Assembly (NCBI GenBank): GCA_039815345.1
Contig: JBCBZM010000021.1
Location: forward strand, 1 to 31,866
Direction of reading: 5' to 3'
Origin: Planctomycetota bacterium
GTDB lineage: Bacteria; Planctomycetota; Phycisphaerae; Phycisphaerales; UBA1924
Length of the DNA: 31,866 bases
Shown here: one piece after another, positions 8,005 to 16,300 of the stretch
How positions within the stretch are numbered: position 1 is the stretch's first letter
Layout of the letters: each line of letters starts with the position of its first letter
Notes under the pieces: generated by a model
What the model was told of the DNA's origin: nothing
The model's input: only the letters and a program-made list of their open reading frames with translations
Databases searched by the model: none
Translations under genes and position numbers: made by a program

Positions 8005-9113
8005 TCCGTGTAGCCCTTCGCATCGCCGCCGTAGAACGTGGACTGATCCCACTCGGTGTACGGGCCGCCTTGTTGCATGCGTTGGGGCAGGTCGGGGTTT
8101 GAGATGAACAGCTTGCCGAAGGCGATAGCGTCGGCCTTGCCCGTCTGGATGCGCTCGCGGGCGGAGTCGGCGGTGTACTCGCCGTTGCCGATGTAGACGG
8201 GGTGGGCGTCGTTGGGCGCGGCCGCCTTGAAACGCCGCTGGATCTCATCGCAGATCGGCTCGAGGGTTGCGTTGCGTTCGCTGGCGCCGAAGGCTTCGAC
8301 GACGTGGATGTACGCGAGGCCCATGGCCCCCAGCTTGTCGCAGAGATAGCCGAACGTCTCGATCGGGTCGTCGTCGTGCGTGTCATCGAATCGGCCGACG
8401 GGGGTGACGCGGTAGCCGACGCGGCCGGCGCCCCAGACATCGGCCACGGCTTCGGCGACTTCCAGACAGAATCGTGCGCGATTCTCCAGCGATCCGCCGT
8501 AGCGGTCGGTGCGCTTGTTGGTGCCGGTGCGGAGGAACTGATCGAGCAGGTAGCTGTTGGCGCCGTGGATTTCGACGCCGTCGAACCCCGCGGCCTTGGC
8601 GTTGGCGGCGCCGTCGCGGAACTGTTGCACCACGCCGGGGATCTCGTCGGTCTCAAGCGCCCGCGGCTCGGACAGATCGACCATGCCGCCGTCGGCGTTG
8701 ACGTAGGTCTTGGAGCCCTCGGCCCGGATCGCTGACGGCGCGACGGGCTTGGCGCCGTTGGGCTGCAGATCGACGTGGCTGATGCGGCCGACGTGCCAGA
8801 GCTGGAGATAGATGCGGCCGCCCCGCGCGTGCACCGCGTCGGTCACGAGCTTCCAGCCGTCGATCTGTTCTTGCGAGTGGATACCTGGCGTGAAGGCGTA
8901 GCCCTTGCCCTGCGGCGAGACCTGCGTGGCTTCGGCGATGATGAGGCCGCTGGAGGCGCGCTGAGCGTAGTACTCGGCGTTCATCGCATTGGGGATGTCG
9001 CCCGGCTGGGTGCTGCGGCTGCGCGTGAGGGGCGCCATGAGGACGCGGTTGGGGACTTCGACGTCGCCTACCTGCAGCGGCTCGAACAAGACATCGGAGG
9101 TGGCGTTGGACAT
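7986..9113 (-). CDS. NADH:flavin oxidoreductase, Old Yellow Enzyme family (alkene reductase / NemA-like)
   Basis: 375 aa. N-terminal LMAPLTR, conserved HVGR / HGANSYLLDQFL and a C-terminal FGR-type block, typical of OYE/NemA TIM-barrel FMN reductases. AGGAA SD upstream of ATG 9113. Confidence 0.88.
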   Translation of the reverse strand: MSNATSDVLFEPLQVGDVEVPNRVLMAPLTRSRSTQPGDIPNAMNAEYYAQRASSGLIIAEATQVSPQGKGYAFTPGIHSQEQIDGWKLVTDAVHARGGRIYLQLWHVGRISHVDLQPNGAKPVAPSAIRAEGSKTYVNADGGMVDLSEPRALETDEIPGVVQQFRDGAANAKAAGFDGVEIHGANSYLLDQFLRTGTNKRTDRYGGSLENRARFCLEVAEAVADVWGAGRVGYRVTPVGRFDDTHDDDPIETFGYLCDKLGAMGLAYIHVVEAFGASERNATLEPICDEIQRRFKAAAPNDAHPVYIGNGEYTADSARERIQTGKADAIAFGKLFISNPDLPQRMQQGGPYTEWDQSTFYGGDAKGYTDYPALD

Positions 9114-9158
9114 GCGGGTTCCTAAGCGTGTGATCGATTCGGTGTGATGATCGAGCGG

Positions 9159-10895
9159 CTACGACGCGGCGGGCGCGCACTCGGCGAGTGCGCGGGCGAC
9201 GCGGGCGGAAACGCCGTCGCGACCGACGAGCGCCAGCGTCTCGCCCAGCGGCGGGCTGACGTTGGTTCCGGTGATAGCGACGCGCAGGGGCGCGGCGAGC
9301 TTGCCCATGCCGACGCCCCTGGACTCAGCGAAGGCCTTCACGGCATCCTCGATCGCCTCGGGCGTGTATGGGTCGATGTGCGCGAGCGTGGGGGCGAAGG
9401 CCTCCAACAGAGCGTGGCCGCTCGGGTCGCCTTTTATCAAACCCTTAGCGACGGCCTTCTCGTCGTACACAATCGCGTCATCGGGCGTCAGCACAAACCG
9501 CAGCGGCTCGATCGCGTCGCAGAGCGTGCGCGTGCGCGGGCGGGTGGCCTTGGCGGCCAGTGCGAAGCGGTCGCCGAGTTGGTCGATCAGCCCGGGCTCG
9601 AACTCGGCGAGCCACACCCGCCAGAGTGTTGCGAACTCCGCGTCGCTCAGCTCGTGCTGGATCGTGTGCGCGTTGAACGAGGAGAGCTTCTCACGGTCGA
9701 ACTTGCTGGCCGACGAGCCGACGCGGTCGAACGAGAACTTCGAGCACAGATAGTCCGCGTCGAAGCGCTCGAGGTCTTTGCCGTCGTCGGCTTTCTCGCC
9801 CGGGTTCCAGCCGAGCAACTCGATGAAGTTGCAAACGACCTCTGGCAGGTATCCCGCGGCCTTGAAGTCGGCGACTTCGATCGCGGGCAGATCGACTTGC
9901 AGATGCTCGGCCAACGCGGCGAGCGGCGCGGTGTCGAGTTGGGCCTTCTTGTCCTTGATCCACTTGGCGAGCGCGGCATCCGTGAGACCCTCGACGGGGG
10001 ACGCCGAGAGGCCCGCCGCTTTGGCGGCCTCGCGTGCGGCCTTGTCTTTGTCGCGCTTGCTCATCTTGGAGCCGTCGGGGTTGAAGATGAGCGGCACGTG
10101 CGCGTAGCTGGGCACGCAAAAGGCCGAGCCGTCGTCGTGCTGCAGCAGAGATTGCAGCGCCACGTGCTTGGGCGTGTTGTTGAGGTGCTCTTGCCCGCGG
10201 ACGACATGCGTGACGCCCATCAGTTCATCATCGACGACGACCGCGAAGTGGTACGTGGGGAAGCCGTCGATCTTGCGGATGACGAAGTCGTCGGTGTGCT
10301 CGTCGGTAAACGTGACCTCACCGAGAATCTCGTCGTGGACCGTGATCGGATCGGCCGGCATCTTGAGCCGCAGCACGTGGGGCTCGGCCTGCATGCGCGC
10401 GAGCGCGGCGTCGCGGTCGTAGTCGGGCGCCTGCGCGTACCGAAATGTCCGCTTCTCGGCCTGCGCGGCTTGGCGCATCGCGTTGAGCTCTTCGGGCGTG
10501 TCGAACGCCGGGTAGGCCAGCCCGCGTTCGACGAGCTGGTCGAAGAAGCGGATGTAGGTGTCGAGTCTCTGGGCCTGATAGAACGGCCCGACGCCCCGGG
10601 CATCGCCGCCGAGTTGCTTGTCACCGCGTTGCGTGTCGCGGAGCAAGAACTCGGGCCCGTCGTCCCAATCGATGCCGAGCCAGGCGAGGTCTTCGAGGAT
10701 GCCCTTGGCGGCGTCCTCGCTGGAGCGGGCTCGGTCTGTGTCTTCGACACGCAGGACAAACCGGCCGCCGCCGCCTTCACGCTGGGCCCGCTGAGCGAAC
10801 ACCCAGCAGAAGAGCGCGGTGCGGGCGCCGCCGATATGGAGGTGGCCCGTGGGAGAGGGTGCGAATCGTGTGATCACGGGGGACGGGTCGGTCAT
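9159..10895 (-). CDS. gltX: glutamate--tRNA ligase (GluRS), long form
   Basis: TRFAPSPTGHLHIGGARTALF HIGH motif and KMSKR (KMSKS) motif; 578 aa with a C-terminal anticodon-binding extension. Confidence 0.9.
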   Translation of the reverse strand: MTDPSPVITRFAPSPTGHLHIGGARTALFCWVFAQRAQREGGGGRFVLRVEDTDRARSSEDAAKGILEDLAWLGIDWDDGPEFLLRDTQRGDKQLGGDARGVGPFYQAQRLDTYIRFFDQLVERGLAYPAFDTPEELNAMRQAAQAEKRTFRYAQAPDYDRDAALARMQAEPHVLRLKMPADPITVHDEILGEVTFTDEHTDDFVIRKIDGFPTYHFAVVVDDELMGVTHVVRGQEHLNNTPKHVALQSLLQHDDGSAFCVPSYAHVPLIFNPDGSKMSKRDKDKAAREAAKAAGLSASPVEGLTDAALAKWIKDKKAQLDTAPLAALAEHLQVDLPAIEVADFKAAGYLPEVVCNFIELLGWNPGEKADDGKDLERFDADYLCSKFSFDRVGSSASKFDREKLSSFNAHTIQHELSDAEFATLWRVWLAEFEPGLIDQLGDRFALAAKATRPRTRTLCDAIEPLRFVLTPDDAIVYDEKAVAKGLIKGDPSGHALLEAFAPTLAHIDPYTPEAIEDAVKAFAESRGVGMGKLAAPLRVAITGTNVSPPLGETLALVGRDGVSARVARALAECAPAAS

Positions 10896-11090
10896 ACGCG
10901 AAGCCTACGCATGTCCGGACCCGGGCCCCGCGATCGTGACGATCGGCATGCGCCGGCACGCCCAAGGGCGCCGACTTCTCGGACGCCGAGGTGCCCCCGC
11001 GGCTACCCCGGCCCGGACAGACCCGCGCTTCGGGGGCCTGGCGGTTCAATCGGATCACCTCGACGTGATCGGGCGCCGATAGGAACAGCG

Positions 11091-11627
11091 ATGACGTTTG
11101 CGCCCCGCATGCACTCCGGTTCGCACCGCGTTCCCGTTCACCGCGGACGCCGCGCGTTCAGTCTGCTTGAGTTGGTCGTCGTGGTTGTGATCCTCGGCAC
11201 GATCGCGGCGATCGCGATCCCGCGGACCAGCCGAGGGAGCGAGGGCGCTGCGGAGAGCGCAACCGCGACGGATCTTTCGAGAATGCGCCGCGCGATCGAG
11301 ATGTACCGCGTCGAACACGGCGGCGCGCCCCCGCCCGGCGCCGTCGTCGCGACAGCGCTGACCCAGTTCACCGACGACGCGCACGATGTCTCGGCGACGA
11401 GAACAACCACGCACATCTTCGGGCCCTACCTCAACGAGATCCCGCCGGTCAAGACCGGGCCGAACAAGGGCTCGAACGCGATCACCCTGACCGCCGGCGG
11501 CTCGGCCGGGTGGCTCTACACCGCGTCCACGGGGTTCATCCGCATGAACACGCCGATCGGGGACGCTGGCGCAGAAGACCTGAGCAACCGTGTCGAGGGG
11601 CTGCTCGGTCGGTTGACGATCAACTGA
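11091..11627 (+). CDS. prepilin-type N-terminal cleavage/methylation domain protein (pseudopilin-like)
   Basis: Only the last 178 codons of the 9144..11627 track ORF are plausible. They begin at ATG 11091 with the N-terminal RRAFSLLELVVVVVILGTIAAIAIP motif (an LLE core plus hydrophobic helix, typical of type IV pilin/pseudopilin leaders). Confidence 0.65.
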   Translation: MTFAPRMHSGSHRVPVHRGRRAFSLLELVVVVVILGTIAAIAIPRTSRGSEGAAESATATDLSRMRRAIEMYRVEHGGAPPPGAVVATALTQFTDDAHDVSATRTTTHIFGPYLNEIPPVKTGPNKGSNAITLTAGGSAGWLYTASTGFIRMNTPIGDAGAEDLSNRVEGLLGRLTIN

Positions 11628-11656
11628 TCACGAGGATCGGTGGAAAATGGCCCTCG

Positions 11657-12436
11657 TCAGGGCTGACCGTTGTTAGGCGGATCCTGGCACGTGAACTGGC
11701 AAGAAAAATCGTCCCAGTCGTAGGCAAACGACTTGACCCCATATGGGTTGCACGCAGCTATCGCCGCAGTTAAGCACTCATTGAACGTTGGCGGATCATT
11801 TTCTCCTTGAGAGATCGGAGCCGGGTCCAAAGGAGTGCAGGGCTCGCCCAACGAAGACAGAACCGCGAGCGAGAGCCCGAGCGCGAGTGTGCGTTCGTCT
11901 ACATCGAGCACTCTCGCAAGCGGCGCATGGACGCCAAAGACTTGGGCACTCGACGTGACACCGGTACTGAGATCTCGGTGTTCAACGAGGAGCGCACCCT
12001 GTTCGCCATCGGCCTGCACAGCGGTGGTGAGTGACACGCGATCGAGTTTGCCGCGCGTGATAGCCCAGCCGTCTTGCCCGACCGGCGCCGACTGCACGCA
12101 AGGACCGAAAGCCGCCGCTCTGATGGAAGCGGCATTGAGCGTGACCGTGATCGGGAATTCACTGTCGTCCGCCGTTTGATAGGTCCCGATGAGCGTAAGC
12201 CGCGCGCCGCGGTCGTCACCGACGCGGGTCACCACGCCGCCAACTTGGAGCAGCACAGTGCCACCATCAGGGAGTTCAGCGAGTACCGCCGCACCCTGCT
12301 GAGCCGCGACCAATGGTGCCCGATCCCCAGCGGCCGCCTCAGGTCGATCCATCTGACCGAACGCCGAACCCGCTGCGAGAGCAATCGTGCAGGCCGCCCA
12401 AGCGACGCCGCGCGACTTGCTCATCGTGCTGCTCAT
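11657..12436 (-). CDS. hypothetical secreted protein, Cys-rich C-terminus, orphan in a lower-GC islet
   Basis: Start at Met 12436 (MSSTMSKSRGVAWAACTIALAAGSAFGQ...) with GGAG 6 nt upstream. Signal peptide with an AFG-Q cleavage-like site. The C-terminal NECLTAAIAACNPYG...FSCQFTCQ is cysteine-rich. Local GC is lower and A/T-ending codons are frequent. Confidence 0.55.
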   Translation of the reverse strand: MSSTMSKSRGVAWAACTIALAAGSAFGQMDRPEAAAGDRAPLVAAQQGAAVLAELPDGGTVLLQVGGVVTRVGDDRGARLTLIGTYQTADDSEFPITVTLNAASIRAAAFGPCVQSAPVGQDGWAITRGKLDRVSLTTAVQADGEQGALLVEHRDLSTGVTSSAQVFGVHAPLARVLDVDERTLALGLSLAVLSSLGEPCTPLDPAPISQGENDPPTFNECLTAAIAACNPYGVKSFAYDWDDFSCQFTCQDPPNNGQP

Positions 12437-12442
12437 CGTGCT
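12419..12442 (-). repeat. perfect 12-bp tandem duplication (gctcatcgtgct x2) spanning the start codon of the secreted orphan gene
   Basis: Creates two in-frame ATGs (MSST-MSKS) 12 nt apart. Only the upstream one (12436) has an SD. Confidence 0.8.
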
Positions 12443-12731
12443 GCTCCAATGTTGTAACAAACCATGCCCTAGCGTGAGTTTGCTTAGGTTCATCGAGCCA
12501 GTCAATAGCGTAACAGCAATGAATCCTCAAATCGTGACCGATACGCGACACCCAATACGCGGGGCCGACTCATCCATGGGATTCATTTCCACACGCGGGC
12601 GCCACCTCCCGAGCAGGATTCCCGATAACGCGTATCCCTACTTTGGGGCCTGGCGCCCAATCCTCTACACTCTCCGGTCCCGCCCGCCCGGTTCTCGGCG
12701 TGGCGTCTGAGACCGTGTGGAGACCCCAATC

Positions 12732-14807
12732 ATGACCGTTCGCGACCCCGCCGACATCCGCAACATCCTTCTCACCGGGCAGTCCGGCTCGGGCAAGACG
12801 ATTCTGACCGAGCGGCTGCTGTTCGCCGCGGGCGCCATCACGCGGATGGGATCGATCGAAGAGGGCAACACGGTCAGCGATTGGCGGGACGAAGAGAAGC
12901 ACCACAAACACTCGCTGCACACGACGGTCGTCCACTTCGAGCACGAGCAGCACCTGGTCAACGTCATCGACGCGCCCGGACTGACCGACTTCATCGGGCA
13001 CGCGATCGCCGCCTTCCCGGCCGTCGAGACGGTCTGCGTGGTCATCGACGCAACCAAGGGCATCGAGCCGGTCGCCCGGCGCATGATGCAGGTCGCCAAG
13101 CAACGCAACCTGCCGCGGATGCTGATCGTCAACAAGATCGACGAAGCGGCGGCCGACCTGGAAGCGCTGACCGCCGAACTGCAAGACGAGTTCGGCGCCG
13201 AGTGCCTGGGTGTCAACCTGCCCAGCGCCGATCGGTCGGGCGTGGTCAAGGTCTTCGAGGGCGAGAGCGACGGCGACCCTCTGTTCAGCAGCGCCGACGA
13301 CAGCCACCAGCGCATCATCGAGCAGATCGTGGAGATGCAGGACGACCTGATGACGCAGTACCTCGAGGAAGGCAGCGACGCCAAGCTCGACCCGAGCAAG
13401 GTGCACGACGCGTTCGAGGCGGCGCTGCGCGACGGGCACCTGGTGCCGATCTGCTACTGCTCGGCCGAAACCGGCGCGGGCATCGAACACCTGCTGCACG
13501 TCTTCGCCAGCCTGCTGCCCAATCCGCTGGAGGGCAACCCGCGGCCGTTCATGCGGACCGACACCGAGACGGGCGAGGAGACCGAGATCCACGCCGAGCC
13601 CGACCCGGACAAGCCGGCGCTCGCGCACATTTTCAAGGTCACGGGCGATCGCCACGTGGGCAAGCTGGGCGTCTTCCGCGTGCATCAGGGCACGATCAAG
13701 TCCAAGGGCGAGCTGATCCTCGACGACAACCGCAAGCCGATCCGCATCGGGCACGTCCTCAAGCGGATGGGCAAGGACCAGGTCGAGGTGGACGCGCTCG
13801 GCCCGGGCGACATCGGCGCCCTGGCCAAGATCGACGAGGTCCACTTCGACGCGGTGCTGCACCAGGACCACGACATGGACTCGGTGCACCTCAAGCCGCT
13901 GCCCCTGCCGCGGCCGCTGTTCGGACTGGCGATCGAACTGAAGAACCACGCCGACGAGACCAAGTTCTCGACCGCGATCCACAAGCTGACCGAAGAGGAC
14001 CCGTGCCTGAAGCTCGAGCGCATCGCCGCGACCAAGCAGACCGTGCTGCGCGGCCTGGGCGACCTGCACCTGCGCGTCGCGCTCGAGAAGCTCAAAGAGA
14101 TGTACGGCATTGAGGTGCTGACCAGCCCGCCCAAGGTGGCGTACAAGGAAACCATCGCCGCCAAGGCCGAGGGCCACCATCGGCACAAGAAGCAGACCGG
14201 CGGCGCCGGGCAGTTCGGCGAGGTCTACCTCCGCGTCGAGCCGCTGGGCGCCGACGCCGACGACCCCGAAGGCCTCGAGTTCGTCAACGCGACCGTCGGC
14301 GGCGCCATCCCGCGGCAGTTCATGCCCGCGATCGAAAAAGGCGTCCGGCAGGTCCTCGAGCACGGCGCGGTCGCCGGCTACCCGCTCGGCGGGGTCAAGG
14401 TCGAGGTCTACGACGGCAAGTACCACCCGGTGGATTCCAAGGAAGTCGCCTTCATCACCGCCGGCAAGCGGGCCTTCATCGACGCGGTCAGCAAAGCCCG
14501 CCCGGCGTTGCTCGAACCGTTTGTCACGCTCGAAGTCACGGCGCCGCAGCAGTACATGGGCGATATGACCGGCGACCTGTCGACCCGTCGCGGCCGCGTG
14601 CAGGACACCCGGATCCTCGCGGGCGATCTGTGCACGATCGTCGCGCAGGTGCCGCTGGGCGAGGTCCAAAACTACTCCACCGAACTGAAGAGCATTACCC
14701 ACGGCGCCGGGTCGTACACCATGGATTACTCCCACGACGAGCCCACACCGCCGCATATCCAGCAGGAAGTCATCGCGGCCTTCGAGGGCCACGCCGAGGA
14801 CGACTGA
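12732..14807 (+). CDS. elongation factor G-like GTPase (EF-G2 paralog)
   Basis: 691 aa from ATG 12732 (GGAG 9 nt upstream). G1 = GQSGSGKT (EF-G2-type GHSGxGKT variant), G3 = DAPG, G4 = NKID. The downstream domains II-V are EF-G-like throughout. The canonical RGITI switch I is absent, consistent with EF-G2 rather than housekeeping FusA. Confidence 0.85.
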   Translation: MTVRDPADIRNILLTGQSGSGKTILTERLLFAAGAITRMGSIEEGNTVSDWRDEEKHHKHSLHTTVVHFEHEQHLVNVIDAPGLTDFIGHAIAAFPAVETVCVVIDATKGIEPVARRMMQVAKQRNLPRMLIVNKIDEAAADLEALTAELQDEFGAECLGVNLPSADRSGVVKVFEGESDGDPLFSSADDSHQRIIEQIVEMQDDLMTQYLEEGSDAKLDPSKVHDAFEAALRDGHLVPICYCSAETGAGIEHLLHVFASLLPNPLEGNPRPFMRTDTETGEETEIHAEPDPDKPALAHIFKVTGDRHVGKLGVFRVHQGTIKSKGELILDDNRKPIRIGHVLKRMGKDQVEVDALGPGDIGALAKIDEVHFDAVLHQDHDMDSVHLKPLPLPRPLFGLAIELKNHADETKFSTAIHKLTEEDPCLKLERIAATKQTVLRGLGDLHLRVALEKLKEMYGIEVLTSPPKVAYKETIAAKAEGHHRHKKQTGGAGQFGEVYLRVEPLGADADDPEGLEFVNATVGGAIPRQFMPAIEKGVRQVLEHGAVAGYPLGGVKVEVYDGKYHPVDSKEVAFITAGKRAFIDAVSKARPALLEPFVTLEVTAPQQYMGDMTGDLSTRRGRVQDTRILAGDLCTIVAQVPLGEVQNYSTELKSITHGAGSYTMDYSHDEPTPPHIQQEVIAAFEGHAEDD

Positions 14808-14837
14808 TCGCGTTCGGCCGCTCTCGCGGGCCGACAC

Positions 14838-14864
14838 GCCCCGTCATCCGGCGGGGCTGTTGCC
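14838..14864 (+). terminator. possible terminator hairpin after the EF-G2 gene
   Basis: GCCCCG..CGGGGC (14838-14843/14852-14857) followed by TGTTGCC; preceded by a second GC hairpin TCGGCC..GGCCGA. The U-tract is weak. Confidence 0.3.
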
Positions 14865-14950
14865 TCGTGCCCCGTGCTATGGTTGAATAGGTCTCTGGCG
14901 TCACCGGCACGCTCCGGTTCGACGCAATCCAACCCGAATGGGGGCGCCCC

Positions 14951-15898
14951 GTGTCGGCCTCGAATCAGAAGAACATCTCACTCGTCGTCATCGTCCTGAG
15001 TTTGCTCGTCGCGGGCGGGCTGCTGTTCGCGGCGGTCCGAGAGCTGTCGGCCGAGATCGAACGCTCCGGCGCCGAGGGGTCGGGCGAGGCCGCCGCGTTG
15101 CACGAGGCCGCCCGCACGGGCGACGTCGCCGCGATCCGCCGCGAGCTCGAAGCGGGCGTCAGCGTGGACGCAAAGATGGAGGGTGCGGAAAACTGGATGC
15201 GCGGCATGACGCCGCTCATGTCTTCAGTGTTCTTCAACCAACCCGACGCCGCCGCGCTGCTGCTTGAGAACGGCGCCAACCCCGACCTCGCCGCGTCCGA
15301 CGGGCGCACGCCGATCATCTACGCCGCCGGCTGGGCGGACGCCCCGATGGTCGAGTCGCTGCTCGATCGCGGCGTGACGATCAACGCCCGCTCGCGCGAG
15401 GGCTGGACCGCGCTCATGTTCGCCGCCGGCTCGCGCGGCGACGCCTCCTCGGTCGATCTCCTTCTTGCCAAGGGCGCCGATACCTCGTTCCGCAACAAGT
15501 GGGGTCAGACGGCGTTGCACCTCGCCGCCGTCAGCCGCGACCGCGCCAAGATCGAGCGCCTCCTCGCCGGCGGCGCCGACCCGAGCGTGCGCGACAACGA
15601 CGGGCTCACGCCGCTCTCCGTCCTCGCCGCCAGCGACGCCGACCCGGATCTGCTGCGCCTGGTCATCTCCGGGGCCGGCTCGGCCAACGTGGTCAACATC
15701 GCCGACCACGACGGCGTGACCCCGCTGATGCGCGCCGCCGACCGCGGCGACGCCGACAAGGTCCTCGTCTTGCTCAACGCGGGCGCCGACGCCGCTTCGC
15801 GTGACGCCGCCGGGCGCTCGGCGCTCGATTGGGCCCTGCAACGCGACGACGATCTGGGCGAATCCGTCGGCGAGATCCTCGCCGACGCCGACGCCTGA
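14951..15898 (+). CDS. ankyrin-repeat protein with N-terminal membrane anchor
   Basis: 315 aa. GTG 14951 is the first start in frame after the upstream stop. N-terminal hydrophobic helix ISLVVIVLSLLVAGGLLFAAV, then at least six ankyrin repeats (G.TPL..AA..G......LL..GAD.N blocks). Confidence 0.8.
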   Translation: MSASNQKNISLVVIVLSLLVAGGLLFAAVRELSAEIERSGAEGSGEAAALHEAARTGDVAAIRRELEAGVSVDAKMEGAENWMRGMTPLMSSVFFNQPDAAALLLENGANPDLAASDGRTPIIYAAGWADAPMVESLLDRGVTINARSREGWTALMFAAGSRGDASSVDLLLAKGADTSFRNKWGQTALHLAAVSRDRAKIERLLAGGADPSVRDNDGLTPLSVLAASDADPDLLRLVISGAGSANVVNIADHDGVTPLMRAADRGDADKVLVLLNAGADAASRDAAGRSALDWALQRDDDLGESVGEILADADA

Positions 15899-15964
15899 AC
15901 GGGCGCCCGCCCAACCGCGCTCCTCTTTGCACAGCTTCTCTTTGCACACCATCCGGAGACCCCG

Positions 15965-16264
15965 ATGACCACGGACGGCATCAACGCCTCAGGATCACTC
16001 CCCAACCCAATGGGCCTGCGCCTCGCACAGGCGTACAACGTGCGCCCGAAGCCCGCGGCGTCGATCGAAACACCGCCCTCGACGCCGATCAAGAACGGCC
16101 TGACCGCCGGCAAGGTGCCGGGCGCCGTTCGCTTCGACGAGGGCCTTTCAGACGTATCAGCGGCGGCCAAGCCCGATGCGCTGCCATTCTACACCCGGCC
16201 GGGCGATGTCAACGCCGCCGCCACGGGCGTGCATGCGGGACGATCGCTCGATATCGAGGGCTGA
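15965..16264 (+). CDS. small hypothetical protein (99 aa)
   Basis: Fills the only gap between the ankyrin and aminotransferase genes. ATG 15965 with GGAG about 9 nt upstream. Pro/Ala-rich, no recognisable family. Could be spurious. Confidence 0.3.
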   Translation: MTTDGINASGSLPNPMGLRLAQAYNVRPKPAASIETPPSTPIKNGLTAGKVPGAVRFDEGLSDVSAAAKPDALPFYTRPGDVNAAATGVHAGRSLDIEG

Positions 16265-16300
16265 TCGCCAGCAACTGCCGCCCGGCCGGTACGCTCCGGC

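Noticed and set aside
9144-11627. 827-aa + strand ORF
   Set aside because: Its first about 650 codons are the antisense of gltX. Only the last 178 codons (from ATG 11091, pilin-type N-terminus) look like a real gene.
12570-14837. 755-aa minus-strand ORF
   Set aside because: Perfectly antisense to the EF-G2 gene, whose GTPase motifs validate the + frame. Low-complexity R/A/G/D product.
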